A stretch of 63,978 bases of DNA, counting the filler, from Chloroflexota bacterium (GTDB lineage: Bacteria; Chloroflexota; Chloroflexia; QHBQ01): the NCBI GenBank assembly GCA_043754535.1. It is 3 parts of 3 records of this genome, joined end to end, with 100 filler letters (N's around TTAATTAATTAA, not from the genome) between each part and the next. Parts side by side here need not be neighbours in the genome. Positions count along the whole stretch, not along the records: positions 28,358 to 55,819 come from JAYUUN010000107.1; 2 more parts are not named here. One strand, 5' to 3'. A program made the position numbers and the translations under genes. Shown piece after piece: positions 40,020 to 49,720 of the stretch (within the stretch, counting starts at the first letter, position 1; every line of letters starts with the position of its first letter). The notes under the pieces were generated by a model. That model made no database searches. It was not told the DNA's origin and saw only the letters and a list, made by a program, of their open reading frames with translations.

Positions 40020-41132
40020 ATGCAGAAGTTTAGACGAATGCGCTTGGCCGCCAGCCTGCTCAGTGTGGTCTTGTTCCTTGCCGTGCTGGTCGCCCCTGCC
40101 CTCGCCAGCAACGCCAACTTGCAGGATACTGGCAAGCTGTTCGAGAGCGCGCAGAGCAGCAGCCTGCAACGCTTTGCCAATGCGATGAGTGTGCCGGTCA
40201 CGATCTACACCCAAACCGACTGGCAGGGGTCGAAGCAGGCGTTCACCGACTTCGCCAACAACCTGCTCCAGAACCGCACTGGGGTGGCGATTGCAATCAC
40301 TACCAGCCCCGGCCCGCGCTATCGGGTTGTTGTGCAGCGCAGCAGCAACTTGAGCAGCAACGATCTCTCCAATGCGACCTCGGCAGGCGACGACTTCCTG
40401 CGCGTCAACCAGTACGCTGGGGCGGTCTACAAGATGCTCTACTCGCTCGACGAGTCGCTCGGTGGGCAGGCGGCTCGCAGCCTCAACGCTGGCCCTGGCC
40501 CCAGCATCCCTGGTGGAGTCTACGAGAACCCCGGTGGCAGCGGTAGCGGCGGCAGCATCGGCAGCACTGGCGGCAGCGGTAGCAGTAGCGGCCCCGTGAC
40601 TACTACCTCAGGCGGCGGCGGCTTCGACTTCACCTTCTGCCTCTGTGGTATCCTGATCCTGATCGTTGGCATCGCTATCTTCAGCAGTGTGTTCCGCAAC
40701 AACCGGCGTGTACAGCAGCGGTCGAGCAACTGGGGCGGTTATGGCGGCGGTGGCGGTGGCTTCTTCGGCGGTGGCGGCGGTGGCGGCTTCTTCGGCGGCG
40801 GCCCCCCAATTATTATCAACAACAGCGGCAACAACTACGGTGGTAACAACCAGGGCGGTAGCAACCAGGGCGGTAGCAACCAGGGCGGTCAGTCCAACCA
40901 GCGTGGCCCCGACGACATCACCGGCGACATCTTTGGCAACCGAGGTGGCGGCAACCGCGGTGGTGGCGGCGTTGACCTTGGTAGTATCTTCGGCGGCAGC
41001 GGTGACAGCGGCAGCGGCGGCTTTAGCGGTGGCAGCAGCTTCGACGCACCTTCTGGCGGTGGTAGCAGCAGCGGTGGCAGCAGCAGCGGTGGCAGCAGCA
41101 GCGGTAGTAGCGGTGGTGGCAACGACTTCTAA
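40020..41132 (+). CDS. TPM-like membrane protein with Gly-rich tail
   Basis: Signal peptide; paralogous to 38553-39785 (RYR.V...S.LS......A..AGD..LR); GGSSFDAP; ends GNDF. Confidence 0.75.
   Translation: MQKFRRMRLAASLLSVVLFLAVLVAPALASNANLQDTGKLFESAQSSSLQRFANAMSVPVTIYTQTDWQGSKQAFTDFANNLLQNRTGVAIAITTSPGPRYRVVVQRSSNLSSNDLSNATSAGDDFLRVNQYAGAVYKMLYSLDESLGGQAARSLNAGPGPSIPGGVYENPGGSGSGGSIGSTGGSGSSSGPVTTTSGGGGFDFTFCLCGILILIVGIAIFSSVFRNNRRVQQRSSNWGGYGGGGGGFFGGGGGGGFFGGGPPIIINNSGNNYGGNNQGGSNQGGSNQGGQSNQRGPDDITGDIFGNRGGGNRGGGGVDLGSIFGGSGDSGSGGFSGGSSFDAPSGGGSSSGGSSSGGSSSGSSGGGNDF
40848..40889 (+). repeat. 15-bp tandem repeat (AACCAGGGCGGTAGC, about 3 copies; NQGGS)
   Basis: Directly visible in the coding tail. 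Confidence 0.8.
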
Positions 41133-41240
41133 CCGTAACCAGTAGCTCCCTCGCTCGTCTCATTAGTAGAGCAGACGCTTCGGAGCGATAGCTGTGGGGC
41201 GGGCAGCTTGCGCCCCCTGGTGTGGCAAGATGGAGAGCGT

Positions 41241-44039
41241 ATGGCCGCTGTGACCCCAACCAACGCTGTATCCCGGCTCACGCGCAGGCGCAAGTGGCTG
41301 CGGCGGTTGTTGGTTGCTGGGGGTGGTTCGCTGCTGCTGCTGCTAGTTTTTGGCCTCGCTGCTTACTGGTACGTTGCCCGCGACCTTCCTTCGGTGGAGA
41401 CGCTCGACCAGCCGCCCGCGCAAAGTACACGCATCTACGACCGTGATGGCCGCCTGCTCTACCAGATCGGGGCCGAGGGCCGCCAGCGCGTGGTCATCCC
41501 CTTCGCCCAGATGCCCGCCAACCTGCGCCACGCCACTATTGCTGCCGAGGATGCCGACTTCTACAACAACCCCGGCTACGATGCAGGCGCACTAGTCCGC
41601 GCCCTCTGGCAGAACCTCAGCAGTGGCGAAGTGGTCTCTGGCGGCTCGACTATTACCCAGCAGCTAGCTCGCACCGCTCTGCTGACCGACCAGGAGCGGG
41701 TTGAGCGCAGCTACTATCGCAAAGCCCGCGAAGTGGTACTCGCTGCCCGCATCACCAGCCGCTACAGCAAAGACGAAATCCTCGCCCTCTATCTAAACCA
41801 CGTCTACTATGGCAATCTTGCCTACGGAGTGGAGGCGGCAGCACGGGCCTACTTTGGCAAGAGTGTGGGCGATCTCGACCTTGCTGAAGCCGCCCTGCTG
41901 GCCGGTCTACCGCAGTCGCCTACTACCTACAACCCGCTGACCAACCCCTCGGCGGCACGGGCGCGCCAGAAGATCGTCCTCAATCTGATGGTCAAGCGCG
42001 GCTACCTCAACCAGGCGCAGGCTGACACTGCCGCCACCGAGGGTATTGGCTACGTCAGCAACCGCTATCCAATCCAGGCTCCGCACTTCGTCATGTACGT
42101 GCGCGACCTGTTGGTAGCCCAGTATGGCCGGGAGATGGTAGAGCAGGGTGGCCTCAAGGTCTATACTACCCTCAGCCTGCCGCTACAAGAGCAGACCCAG
42201 GCAATAGTGCAGGCCCACCTTGCTACTCTGCGCGATAAGCACGTGACCAACGCGGCGGTGGTGGTGACCGAGCCAGCCAGCGGCCAGATACTGGCTATGC
42301 TTGGCAGTGCCGACTACTTCGACAAGGCGATTGACGGCGAGGTGAACGTCGCCCTTGCCCCACGCCAGCCAGGGAGTAGTATCAAGCCGCTGATCTACGC
42401 CGCCGCCCTGATTAACGGCCTCACCCCCGCTACCTTGCTGCCCGATATCAAGACGACTTACGCCGACAAGGATGGTTCGCTCTATATGCCGCGCAACTAC
42501 GATGGTCAGTGGCATGGGCCGGTGATCCTGCGCAAGGCTCTGGCGAACTCCTACAACGTTGCTTCGGTCGCCTTGCTCGACAAGGTGGGGGTGAAGGAGG
42601 CCGCCAGCGTCGCCCGCGAGCTCGGCTTGACCACTCTCGACGCGGACAAGCTGGGCCTCAGCCTCACCCTCGGCGGCGGCGAAGTGCGGCTGCTCGACAT
42701 GGTGGCCGCCTACGCTGTTCTGCGTAACGGCGGCAACTACTTGGCCCCGGTCGCCATCCTGCGCGTGGAGGGGGCGGACGGCAAGCTGCTGGCCGAGTTC
42801 AAGGGGGCGACCCCCCGCCCTGTGCTAGGGCCGAACGGCCCACAGGCTAGCTACCAGCTAACCAGCATCCTCAGCGACGACGCGGCTCGCATCCCAGCCT
42901 TTGGCCGCGACAGCATCCTCAGCCTCGGTCGCCGCCCGGCTGCCGTCAAAACTGGTACTACTACCGACTATCACGACAATTGGACGCTGGGCTACACCAC
43001 TGATTACGTGGTCGGGGTATGGGCGGGCAACAGTGATAACAGCGCGATGCGTGACAGCAGCGGCGTGACTGGGGCTGCCCCGATCTGGCACGAGGTAATC
43101 GTGGCCGCCAGCAAGAACCAGCCGATCAGCCAGTTTGTGCCGCCACCCGGCCTGCGCCGCATCGAACTCTGCACCCTCTCTGGCCTGCTGCCCACCCGCT
43201 ACTGCACCGAGCGGGTCAGCGAGTGGTTCATCGCGGGTAGTGAACCGCACCTGACCGACAACTTCTACCAGGGGTTGAAGATCGATCGGCGCAACGGCTT
43301 GCGGGCCACCAGCCAGACCCCACCCACCGAAGTGGTGGAGAAAATATTCATCCAGTTGCCGCCAGAGTACAACGATTGGGCGCAGGAGCAGGGTTGGGCG
43401 CGACCGCCAACCGCCTCCTCACCGCTCGGCACTGTTGCTGGCGCAGGCAAGGCCGACAACACGGCAGTGATCACCAGCCCGCAGGAGGGCCAGTATGTTG
43501 GTGGGCTGGTGGTGGTCAAGGGGCTACTACCAGCGGGGGCGACCGACGCTGGCCTCTACGTTGGGCGAGCAGGGGCGGAGGAAGTCAGCGACCCCCTCCC
43601 CCTAGCCAGCACTGCCGAGCAGCAGGCTGGCACCCTCGCCCGCTGGGAGACGACAGGGCAGGGGGGACAGCTAGCCCTGCGCCTACGCTATCGCCTGAAG
43701 GGGGAGAGCTTCAGCGAAACAATCAGCGTGGCCGTGGACAGCTTGCCCCCACGAGCGGGCATCATCTACCCCAGCGATGCCGCAGAGTTTAGCATCAAGG
43801 CGAATGAGGGCTTGGCCGAGCCGTTTACTGCCGACGCAGCCGATAACTACGCCGTGGCCCAGGTGCAGTTCTACGCCGATGGCAGCTTGCTTGGCGTAGT
43901 TGAGGGCGATGGGCCGTACAGCCTGCCAGTCAGCCTCGCCCACCTCGGTGTCGGCAGTCACAGCCTGCGGGTGACTGTGCTAGACAAGGCTGGCAACCAA
44001 CAGCAGTCCAGGCTGGTCAACATCACGGTTGCACCTTGA
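41241..44039 (+). CDS. Class A penicillin-binding protein (transglycosylase/transpeptidase, PBP1A/1C-like) with C-terminal Ig-like domains
   Basis: AEDADF, GGSTITQQLAR, RKARE, SSIK, SYN, KTG; VQFYADG...DKAGN Ig-like tail. Confidence 0.93.
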   Translation: MAAVTPTNAVSRLTRRRKWLRRLLVAGGGSLLLLLVFGLAAYWYVARDLPSVETLDQPPAQSTRIYDRDGRLLYQIGAEGRQRVVIPFAQMPANLRHATIAAEDADFYNNPGYDAGALVRALWQNLSSGEVVSGGSTITQQLARTALLTDQERVERSYYRKAREVVLAARITSRYSKDEILALYLNHVYYGNLAYGVEAAARAYFGKSVGDLDLAEAALLAGLPQSPTTYNPLTNPSAARARQKIVLNLMVKRGYLNQAQADTAATEGIGYVSNRYPIQAPHFVMYVRDLLVAQYGREMVEQGGLKVYTTLSLPLQEQTQAIVQAHLATLRDKHVTNAAVVVTEPASGQILAMLGSADYFDKAIDGEVNVALAPRQPGSSIKPLIYAAALINGLTPATLLPDIKTTYADKDGSLYMPRNYDGQWHGPVILRKALANSYNVASVALLDKVGVKEAASVARELGLTTLDADKLGLSLTLGGGEVRLLDMVAAYAVLRNGGNYLAPVAILRVEGADGKLLAEFKGATPRPVLGPNGPQASYQLTSILSDDAARIPAFGRDSILSLGRRPAAVKTGTTTDYHDNWTLGYTTDYVVGVWAGNSDNSAMRDSSGVTGAAPIWHEVIVAASKNQPISQFVPPPGLRRIELCTLSGLLPTRYCTERVSEWFIAGSEPHLTDNFYQGLKIDRRNGLRATSQTPPTEVVEKIFIQLPPEYNDWAQEQGWARPPTASSPLGTVAGAGKADNTAVITSPQEGQYVGGLVVVKGLLPAGATDAGLYVGRAGAEEVSDPLPLASTAEQQAGTLARWETTGQGGQLALRLRYRLKGESFSETISVAVDSLPPRAGIIYPSDAAEFSIKANEGLAEPFTADAADNYAVAQVQFYADGSLLGVVEGDGPYSLPVSLAHLGVGSHSLRVTVLDKAGNQQQSRLVNITVAP

Positions 44040-44064
44040 CAGCGGGGCAGCAATTTGCTATAAT
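44036..44064 (+). promoter_or_regulatory. tRNA-Lys promoter TTGACA-N17-TATAAT
   Basis: Exact consensus; -35 overlaps the PBP stop codon. Confidence 0.75.
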
Positions 44065-44076
44065 GCTCTGGCATCC

Positions 44077-44148
<72 letters not shown>

Positions 44149-44157
44149 CCCATACAG

Positions 44158-44192
44158 ACGACCTTCCAGCAGTGGAACGGTCGTTTCCTTTT
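44158..44192 (+). terminator. Probable terminator after tRNA-Lys
   Basis: ACGACCTTCCA/TGGAACGGTCGT stem followed by T-rich run. Confidence 0.55.
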
Positions 44193-44298
44193 GCCCCTAC
44201 TTTGAGGCAGGGAATTAGGCTACTGTCGCGTTGCCCCCGATGCTGGCATTGAGCCGCCTTCACAGCCAACTTTGTCACAGGCCAACCTTGCTTAGACC

Positions 44299-45822
44299 TC
44301 AACCCAGCCGCGTGCCACAATTGGCGCAGAACTTGCGACCAGGCGTGTTAGCCGTGCGGCATACCGGACAGATCACTGCTGCTGGCTGCGGCTGTGAGTA
44401 GCCCTGTGCTGGGCGGTTAGGCTGCTGCGGTTGCGGTTGCGGGCCAGGCTGCCCAGCCAGCGGGTAGCCGCAGTTGGCGCAGAACTTGCGGTTGGCTGGG
44501 TTCACCGTGCGGCAGTTTGGACAGATCACCTGCGGCTGCTGTTGCTGTTGTGGTTGTGGCTGGCTGGGTTGCTGCGGGGGGTAGCCACCTTGCTGCGGCT
44601 GGCTGGGTTGCTGCGGCTGCGACGGGTAGCCACCTTGCTGCGGCAGCGGCTGCTGTTGCGGTTGTGGTTGTGGGTAGCCACCTTGCTGCGGCTGGCTGGG
44701 TTGCTGCGGTTGTGGCGGCTGAGCGGTTGGCGTAGGCTCGCGCTCGGTGGGCGCGGCTGGGCTGCTGGCGGGCTGGCTCTCCTGCACTGGCTGGCTGCGG
44801 GGAACAGCCGGTGACGACTCGTGGACTTCGCCGATCAAGCCGCCGCCACTCACCCCACTGATCAGCGCGTTCAGGTCGTCCACGTACTCGGTCAGTTTGA
44901 AGGCGTGGCCGCACTGGTAGCTGAGATAGGTTAGCTCCTTCTCCTTGCCCTCGTTGAGAACGAAGGTCTGCTCCGTGCCATCACGGTTGCACAGCCGAAA
45001 GATAATGAAGGGGCGCAGGCTGAGGATTGGGTCGTACTCACGGTCGGCGTTGCAGACGTAGAGCGTCTCTGGCAGCGCATCGTCATTGGTCATGATCTTG
45101 GGGTCACGGGCGGGCGCAATGCTGTCGCCATAAAGCTCGGTGTAGTAGTGTTCGTACTTCTTCTCACGACTGGCCGCCCGGTTGACGCTGTTGACGTAGA
45201 TCAGGCGGTAGCGCACCAGGAAGTTCATCTTCAGCAACAAAGCCTCGAAGCCAGGCAGCATGAAGTTGACCCGCTCCTTCTTCTGGTTCGCTCCCAGGTT
45301 GGTGCCGTGCGCTAGGCCATTGCGGTATTGCAGCATCGCGTCGAAGAAGTCGGCGATGGTGAAGACCGTTGGCACGGTGCCATCCCCCTTGCCCATCTGT
45401 TCGTTCAGCACCTCTTTGATCTTGGTGAAGCAGACGACCAGTGGCTCCTGCTCCTCCTTGCCTTTCTTGTTGTCAAAACGCAGCTTCATTGAGTAGAAGG
45501 CAGTCAGTTCGCTGACCAGCAGTGGCTTCTGCTGCTTGTCGTAATAACGGATGATATCGCGCAGCCAGCCGACCCACATACCGAGGCTGGGGCGCACCAG
45601 CCCCTGCAAACTCTGGCTGATCCGCTCGTCCACCGCGTCTGGGTCGTTGGTATATTGGGCCATGACCACAATCGCCAGGTACTTGACGGTCATCTCGTAC
45701 AAGTCCATCAGGTAGTCATGGATCAGGCTATCGTCGCGGGTCGAACGAGCGGCGCGCTGGTAGGAGCGGGCAAGAGGGTAGGGGTACTCGTCTAGGATGA
45801 TCGCATCTGGTCTGGGTGGCAT
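44299..45822 (-). CDS. Protein with HEPN-like N-terminal domain, Q/P-rich linker and two C-terminal zinc ribbons
   Basis: ExxxK (YEMTVK) and RxxxxH (RNGLAH); QQGGYP x3; two CPxC..N....KFCANCG modules. Confidence 0.75.
   Translation of the reverse strand: MPPRPDAIILDEYPYPLARSYQRAARSTRDDSLIHDYLMDLYEMTVKYLAIVVMAQYTNDPDAVDERISQSLQGLVRPSLGMWVGWLRDIIRYYDKQQKPLLVSELTAFYSMKLRFDNKKGKEEQEPLVVCFTKIKEVLNEQMGKGDGTVPTVFTIADFFDAMLQYRNGLAHGTNLGANQKKERVNFMLPGFEALLLKMNFLVRYRLIYVNSVNRAASREKKYEHYYTELYGDSIAPARDPKIMTNDDALPETLYVCNADREYDPILSLRPFIIFRLCNRDGTEQTFVLNEGKEKELTYLSYQCGHAFKLTEYVDDLNALISGVSGGGLIGEVHESSPAVPRSQPVQESQPASSPAAPTEREPTPTAQPPQPQQPSQPQQGGYPQPQPQQQPLPQQGGYPSQPQQPSQPQQGGYPPQQPSQPQPQQQQQPQVICPNCRTVNPANRKFCANCGYPLAGQPGPQPQPQQPNRPAQGYSQPQPAAVICPVCRTANTPGRKFCANCGTRLG
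44530..44725 (-). repeat. Imperfect coding repeat PQQPSQPQQGGYP
   Basis: Three QQGGYP units in low-complexity linker. Confidence 0.75.
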
Positions 45823-45870
45823 CCGGCTCTCCCGTGTAAGTCTGTAGCTTGCGGTTTGTACGATAGTTGA

Positions 45871-48852
45871 CTACGCTATTTCGGCTTGAACCAGCTTCGC
45901 TAGCGGCTCGTTGTGCAATCTGGAGGCGTACTTCTCGGTCTCGGCAGCGAAGTGGCGGGCGCGGGTGGGGTCGTCAGCGTCGCGGGCCAGGCGGGTCAGT
46001 TCGAGGTAAGTCATTGCCAGTTCGTAGCTATCCCCATCGCTGCCCAGGCGGGTTAGATTGTCGGTGAGGAACTGGCTAGCCGCCCGCCAGTCGCCCCGCT
46101 TGCGAGCCAGCGTACCGCCCAGCGTCTGGATCGCAGCACGGGTATCTGGGATGTCAGCCAGCTTGCTGTTCGCTTCAGCCAGGCTCGCCAATGCCTCGTC
46201 CAAGCGTCCCTCGTCAAGGTTGAGGCGCGCCTCTGTCAGGGCGACAAAGCCCTCGCTGTGGCTCTGCGCCTGCGGGTCACTCAGGTGGATGGCGGCTTCG
46301 CGGCTGGCAGCGAGATTGCCGCGGGCGGCGGTGTAGTTCTCGCGCAGCCGCTCCAGGTCAGCGATCTGGTTGGTCAGCTTGCTCACCAGGCCCAACGAAG
46401 GTTGCGGGTCGGCATTGACCAGGTCAAGGTCTTGTTGCAGGTAGTGGATCGCCTCCTCCACCTTCCACATCCGTGCGTACAGTCCGCCCAGGCCACCGTA
46501 AGCTGCCCCCAGGCCGTAGCTGTCGCCCAAGCCTTCCAGGACGGGGATCGACTGCTGGAAGGTCAGGGCCGCCTCCTGCTCGTGGCCGAGATTGAGGTAG
46601 GCATAGGCCAGCGTGTTGCTGATGTTCGCTTGCAGGTAGCGATCCTTCAGTTGGTCGCGAGCGGCGGCCTGGGCCTGCTTGAGGTAGGTGATCGCCTCCT
46701 CCTTGCCCTGGAAGCTGAGGCATTGGCCGAGATAGTGCTTGCCCTGCACGTTGCTGGCGGTGTCGTGCTGCGCTTCGCTGATCGCCAGTGCCTTCCGCAG
46801 GTAGCCCTCTGCTTCGCCCAGTTTACGCATCCTGTTATGCACCAGCCCTAGTTCGAGGTAAACGCGGTCAATGTCAGTCGCCTGGGCTACTTGCTGCGCG
46901 TGGTTCGCTTGCACCTCACTGATCTGCTCGGCGGTAATACCCGCCCCGGCGTAGAGGTCAAGGCAGTGTTGCAAGGCCGCGATTGCCGCCCCGTAGTTGC
47001 GCTGCTGGCTGAGGAGCGTGCCGCGGTAGACCCCCACTCGCACCATGCCGTCCAGGTCGCCCGCCAGGGTATAGATCGTCTCGCACTCGCCATAGTTGGC
47101 CTCTGCACTGGCGTAGTCGCCCAGCTTGAAGTAGAGCCAACCAAGGTGGCCGAGCATCTCCGCGAGGGCCAGCTTTGCCTGCTCCTTTTGGCCCCCACTC
47201 TCCTCTCCTTCGAGGCCGAGAGTCGCCAGCGGCAGGGCGGCTGCGAGGTCGTCGATAGCAGCCCGCGTGTTGCCCAGCGACTCGTGGGCGAGGCTGCGGG
47301 TGGTCAACACTTCGCGGCGCACCAGCAGGTTCTCGCGACTGGCAGGCAGGCGATCCAGGCTGGTAAGGGCAGCGGCGTAGACCTCTACCGCCTCACTGTA
47401 GGCCGCATCGTTGAACAGATCGCCGCCCGCAGCCAGGTAGTAGCGCAAGGCTCGCTCTGGCAGCCCCGCCGCTGCAAAGTGTTCAGCCAGGTCGAGGGCT
47501 ACCTCTTGCAGCTTGCCCTGCTCCTCGGCCAGCTTCTCCCAACTCTGGGCGATCTCGCGGTGGTCGCTGCGGGCTAGCGGGCTGGCAACGCTCTGCCGCA
47601 GGCGGTTGTAGATGTAGGGTGAAGTGAAGCTGAACATCTCAGGCTGCTTCTCGTCGGTGGCAACCACCTGTTTGCGGCTAGCCAGTTCCACCAGTTGCTT
47701 GAGCAGCAGGCGGCGACCTCCGGCCACGCTATGGTAGTCGTTGAGGCTGGGGTTGACTAGCAGATCGATGGGGAAGCGGCGACCGATCACGGCGGCGTAC
47801 TCCAGCAAGTTGTAGACTTCGGGGCTGAGAGCGGCCAGGTAGCGGCTGGTTAGCGCGCCAACGAGGGCAGAACTGCGCGGCAGGTCGCCGCTCTCACTCT
47901 CCACGTCGTTGAAGACCTGGGCATCACCGCCCTGCACGATGTACTCGATGCTGTCGCTGATCAGCCCGGGCGAACCGCCGCTAAAGTGGGCGATCTGCTG
48001 GCCGACCGCCAGGATCGCCGCGCTGAAGGGGCGGTTGCGTTCTAGTCCAGCGATCTGGGCGATCACCTGCAAGCTGGCTGCCTGATCCAGGGGTCGCACA
48101 TCTACGATCTCGCCCTGCACGCGGGCGATCACCCGCCGCAGGGTGGCTGGTATCTGACCCTGCTCACCGCTCCAACCCAACAGCAGCAGGATCGGGAAGC
48201 TGGGTGTCACCAGTGCGTCCAGCAGCTTGAAGGTCGTCTCCTTCGCGTACTGCATCTCCTCGATCACCACCAGCAGCGGGGCCTGCTTGTGCTTCCCGTG
48301 GATTTCCAACAGCTTCTCGTGTACCGCCTGGAAGGTCTTGTTGCCGCCGCTCGGTTCACCGCTCTGCTCCTTCTCCTTGCGCTGCTTCTTGGTGTACTGG
48401 TTGAGGCGCGAAACCAGTGCGCCTACACCGAGGGCAAAGCCAATTGGGTTGGGGATCGCGCTGCTGAGCAGCGAAAGCGTCTGGAAGGCTGAACTCATAG
48501 ACTCCATGCTGACGGTGATGTTCTCGCTCTGGTCAGCCCCCTGCACCAGTTCGCCCCCTTCGCCGAAGGCAAGATTGAGGGCGTTGAAGACCGGCTGGTA
48601 GGGGTTGCTATCTGCGTCCTCATCGGCTCGCCCATCGTAGACCAGGAAGCCGCGCTCTCGTGCCTCGGCGACCGCCTGACGGAGGATAACACCCTTGCCA
48701 CTCCCCTCTGCGCCGACGAGGACGAGGCAGCCATTACGCTTGCTGCCCAGGCGGTTGAGGTAATCAGTGATCGTCGCCACCTCCTGCTCACGCCCGAAGA
48801 TGACTGGCTTCTCAGCGGTCTCGCGGCCCTTGCGCTTCTGATTGGGGAACAC
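45871..48852 (-). CDS. STAND-like AAA ATPase with long TPR array
   Basis: IFGREQE, GAEGSGKG (atypical Walker A), LVVIEE, GGSPG, AAVIGRRF, LAEHF..AG, many TPRs; SD GGAGGAG. Confidence 0.85.
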   Translation of the reverse strand: MFPNQKRKGRETAEKPVIFGREQEVATITDYLNRLGSKRNGCLVLVGAEGSGKGVILRQAVAEARERGFLVYDGRADEDADSNPYQPVFNALNLAFGEGGELVQGADQSENITVSMESMSSAFQTLSLLSSAIPNPIGFALGVGALVSRLNQYTKKQRKEKEQSGEPSGGNKTFQAVHEKLLEIHGKHKQAPLLVVIEEMQYAKETTFKLLDALVTPSFPILLLLGWSGEQGQIPATLRRVIARVQGEIVDVRPLDQAASLQVIAQIAGLERNRPFSAAILAVGQQIAHFSGGSPGLISDSIEYIVQGGDAQVFNDVESESGDLPRSSALVGALTSRYLAALSPEVYNLLEYAAVIGRRFPIDLLVNPSLNDYHSVAGGRRLLLKQLVELASRKQVVATDEKQPEMFSFTSPYIYNRLRQSVASPLARSDHREIAQSWEKLAEEQGKLQEVALDLAEHFAAAGLPERALRYYLAAGGDLFNDAAYSEAVEVYAAALTSLDRLPASRENLLVRREVLTTRSLAHESLGNTRAAIDDLAAALPLATLGLEGEESGGQKEQAKLALAEMLGHLGWLYFKLGDYASAEANYGECETIYTLAGDLDGMVRVGVYRGTLLSQQRNYGAAIAALQHCLDLYAGAGITAEQISEVQANHAQQVAQATDIDRVYLELGLVHNRMRKLGEAEGYLRKALAISEAQHDTASNVQGKHYLGQCLSFQGKEEAITYLKQAQAAARDQLKDRYLQANISNTLAYAYLNLGHEQEAALTFQQSIPVLEGLGDSYGLGAAYGGLGGLYARMWKVEEAIHYLQQDLDLVNADPQPSLGLVSKLTNQIADLERLRENYTAARGNLAASREAAIHLSDPQAQSHSEGFVALTEARLNLDEGRLDEALASLAEANSKLADIPDTRAAIQTLGGTLARKRGDWRAASQFLTDNLTRLGSDGDSYELAMTYLELTRLARDADDPTRARHFAAETEKYASRLHNEPLAKLVQAEIA

Positions 48853-49031
48853 TTGCTCTCCTCCACCTTGCTGCTTGCTACCATATTATAGCACAATGCA
48901 CAAGCAGCCGCCGCCTTGCCTACCACCCCTTGACGGTGGCCCACAAGTTGGTATACATTATGGACAGCATGACTGCGCAGGCAGTCTGCCGCTAGCCACA
49001 GGTCACCTATCACTTAGCAGTGTGAAAAACC

Positions 49032-49631
49032 ATGCGCCACATCGTTGTTGACGGTTATAATGTGATCCGCCGCGATCCTGCGCTCAGCCGCTTGCTGGCT
49101 GGCACCGGTGGTCTGGAGCGCGCCCGCGAGGGGCTGCTGATTCGACTGGCTGGCTCAGCCCGCCTACAGCGCGACGAGTTGACGGTGGTCTTTGATGCGG
49201 CCAACGTGCCAGGACGTAGCAGCGACAGCATCGAGCGGCGCAGCCCTCGCCTACGTGTTGTCTACTCGGCCAGCGGCCAGATCGCTGACGAGGTGATCAA
49301 GCGGATCGCTGCCGACCTGCTGGCCGACGGCAATCGCCAGCTTGGCCTGGTTGTTGTCACCGCCGACAACGAGATTCGCCAGGCGGTGGCTGAAGCTGCC
49401 AGCTACTACGACCTTGATGCGCGCCTGAGTAACCTCGCACCGCAGGAGCAGCAGCGATCTAGCCACCGCCACAGCGTTGCCGCCAACCTCCGCAGCCAGG
49501 GTAAGGGGGGGGTGAAGGACAAGGACGAGCCGGATGAAGCTCCTGCCCAGCGTGGCACGCGCAAGCGTGGCCCCAGCCGCCGTGCCTCCAAGAGTGACCG
49601 TAAGCGTGGCCCCGGCGACCTCCGCTGGTAG
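49032..49631 (+). CDS. NYN-domain RNase (YacP/Rae1-like)
   Basis: IVVDGYNVI, VVFDA, ADEVI, VVTADNEI; basic tail. Confidence 0.85.
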   Translation: MRHIVVDGYNVIRRDPALSRLLAGTGGLERAREGLLIRLAGSARLQRDELTVVFDAANVPGRSSDSIERRSPRLRVVYSASGQIADEVIKRIAADLLADGNRQLGLVVVTADNEIRQAVAEAASYYDLDARLSNLAPQEQQRSSHRHSVAANLRSQGKGGVKDKDEPDEAPAQRGTRKRGPSRRASKSDRKRGPGDLRW

Positions 49632-49720
49632 CTGGCAGCAAAGCGTAGCGGTGGGCCAGGACGAAATGTGGTTTGTACAATTGGTGTCCCAACACAAAGC
49701 TGAAGGAGAAGGGGGAGAGC

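Noticed and set aside
39300..41132. Gly-rich tails as RiPP precursors for the TldD/E fusion
   Set aside because: They are tails of membrane proteins ~9 kb away, and no YcaO or other RiPP maturase is visible
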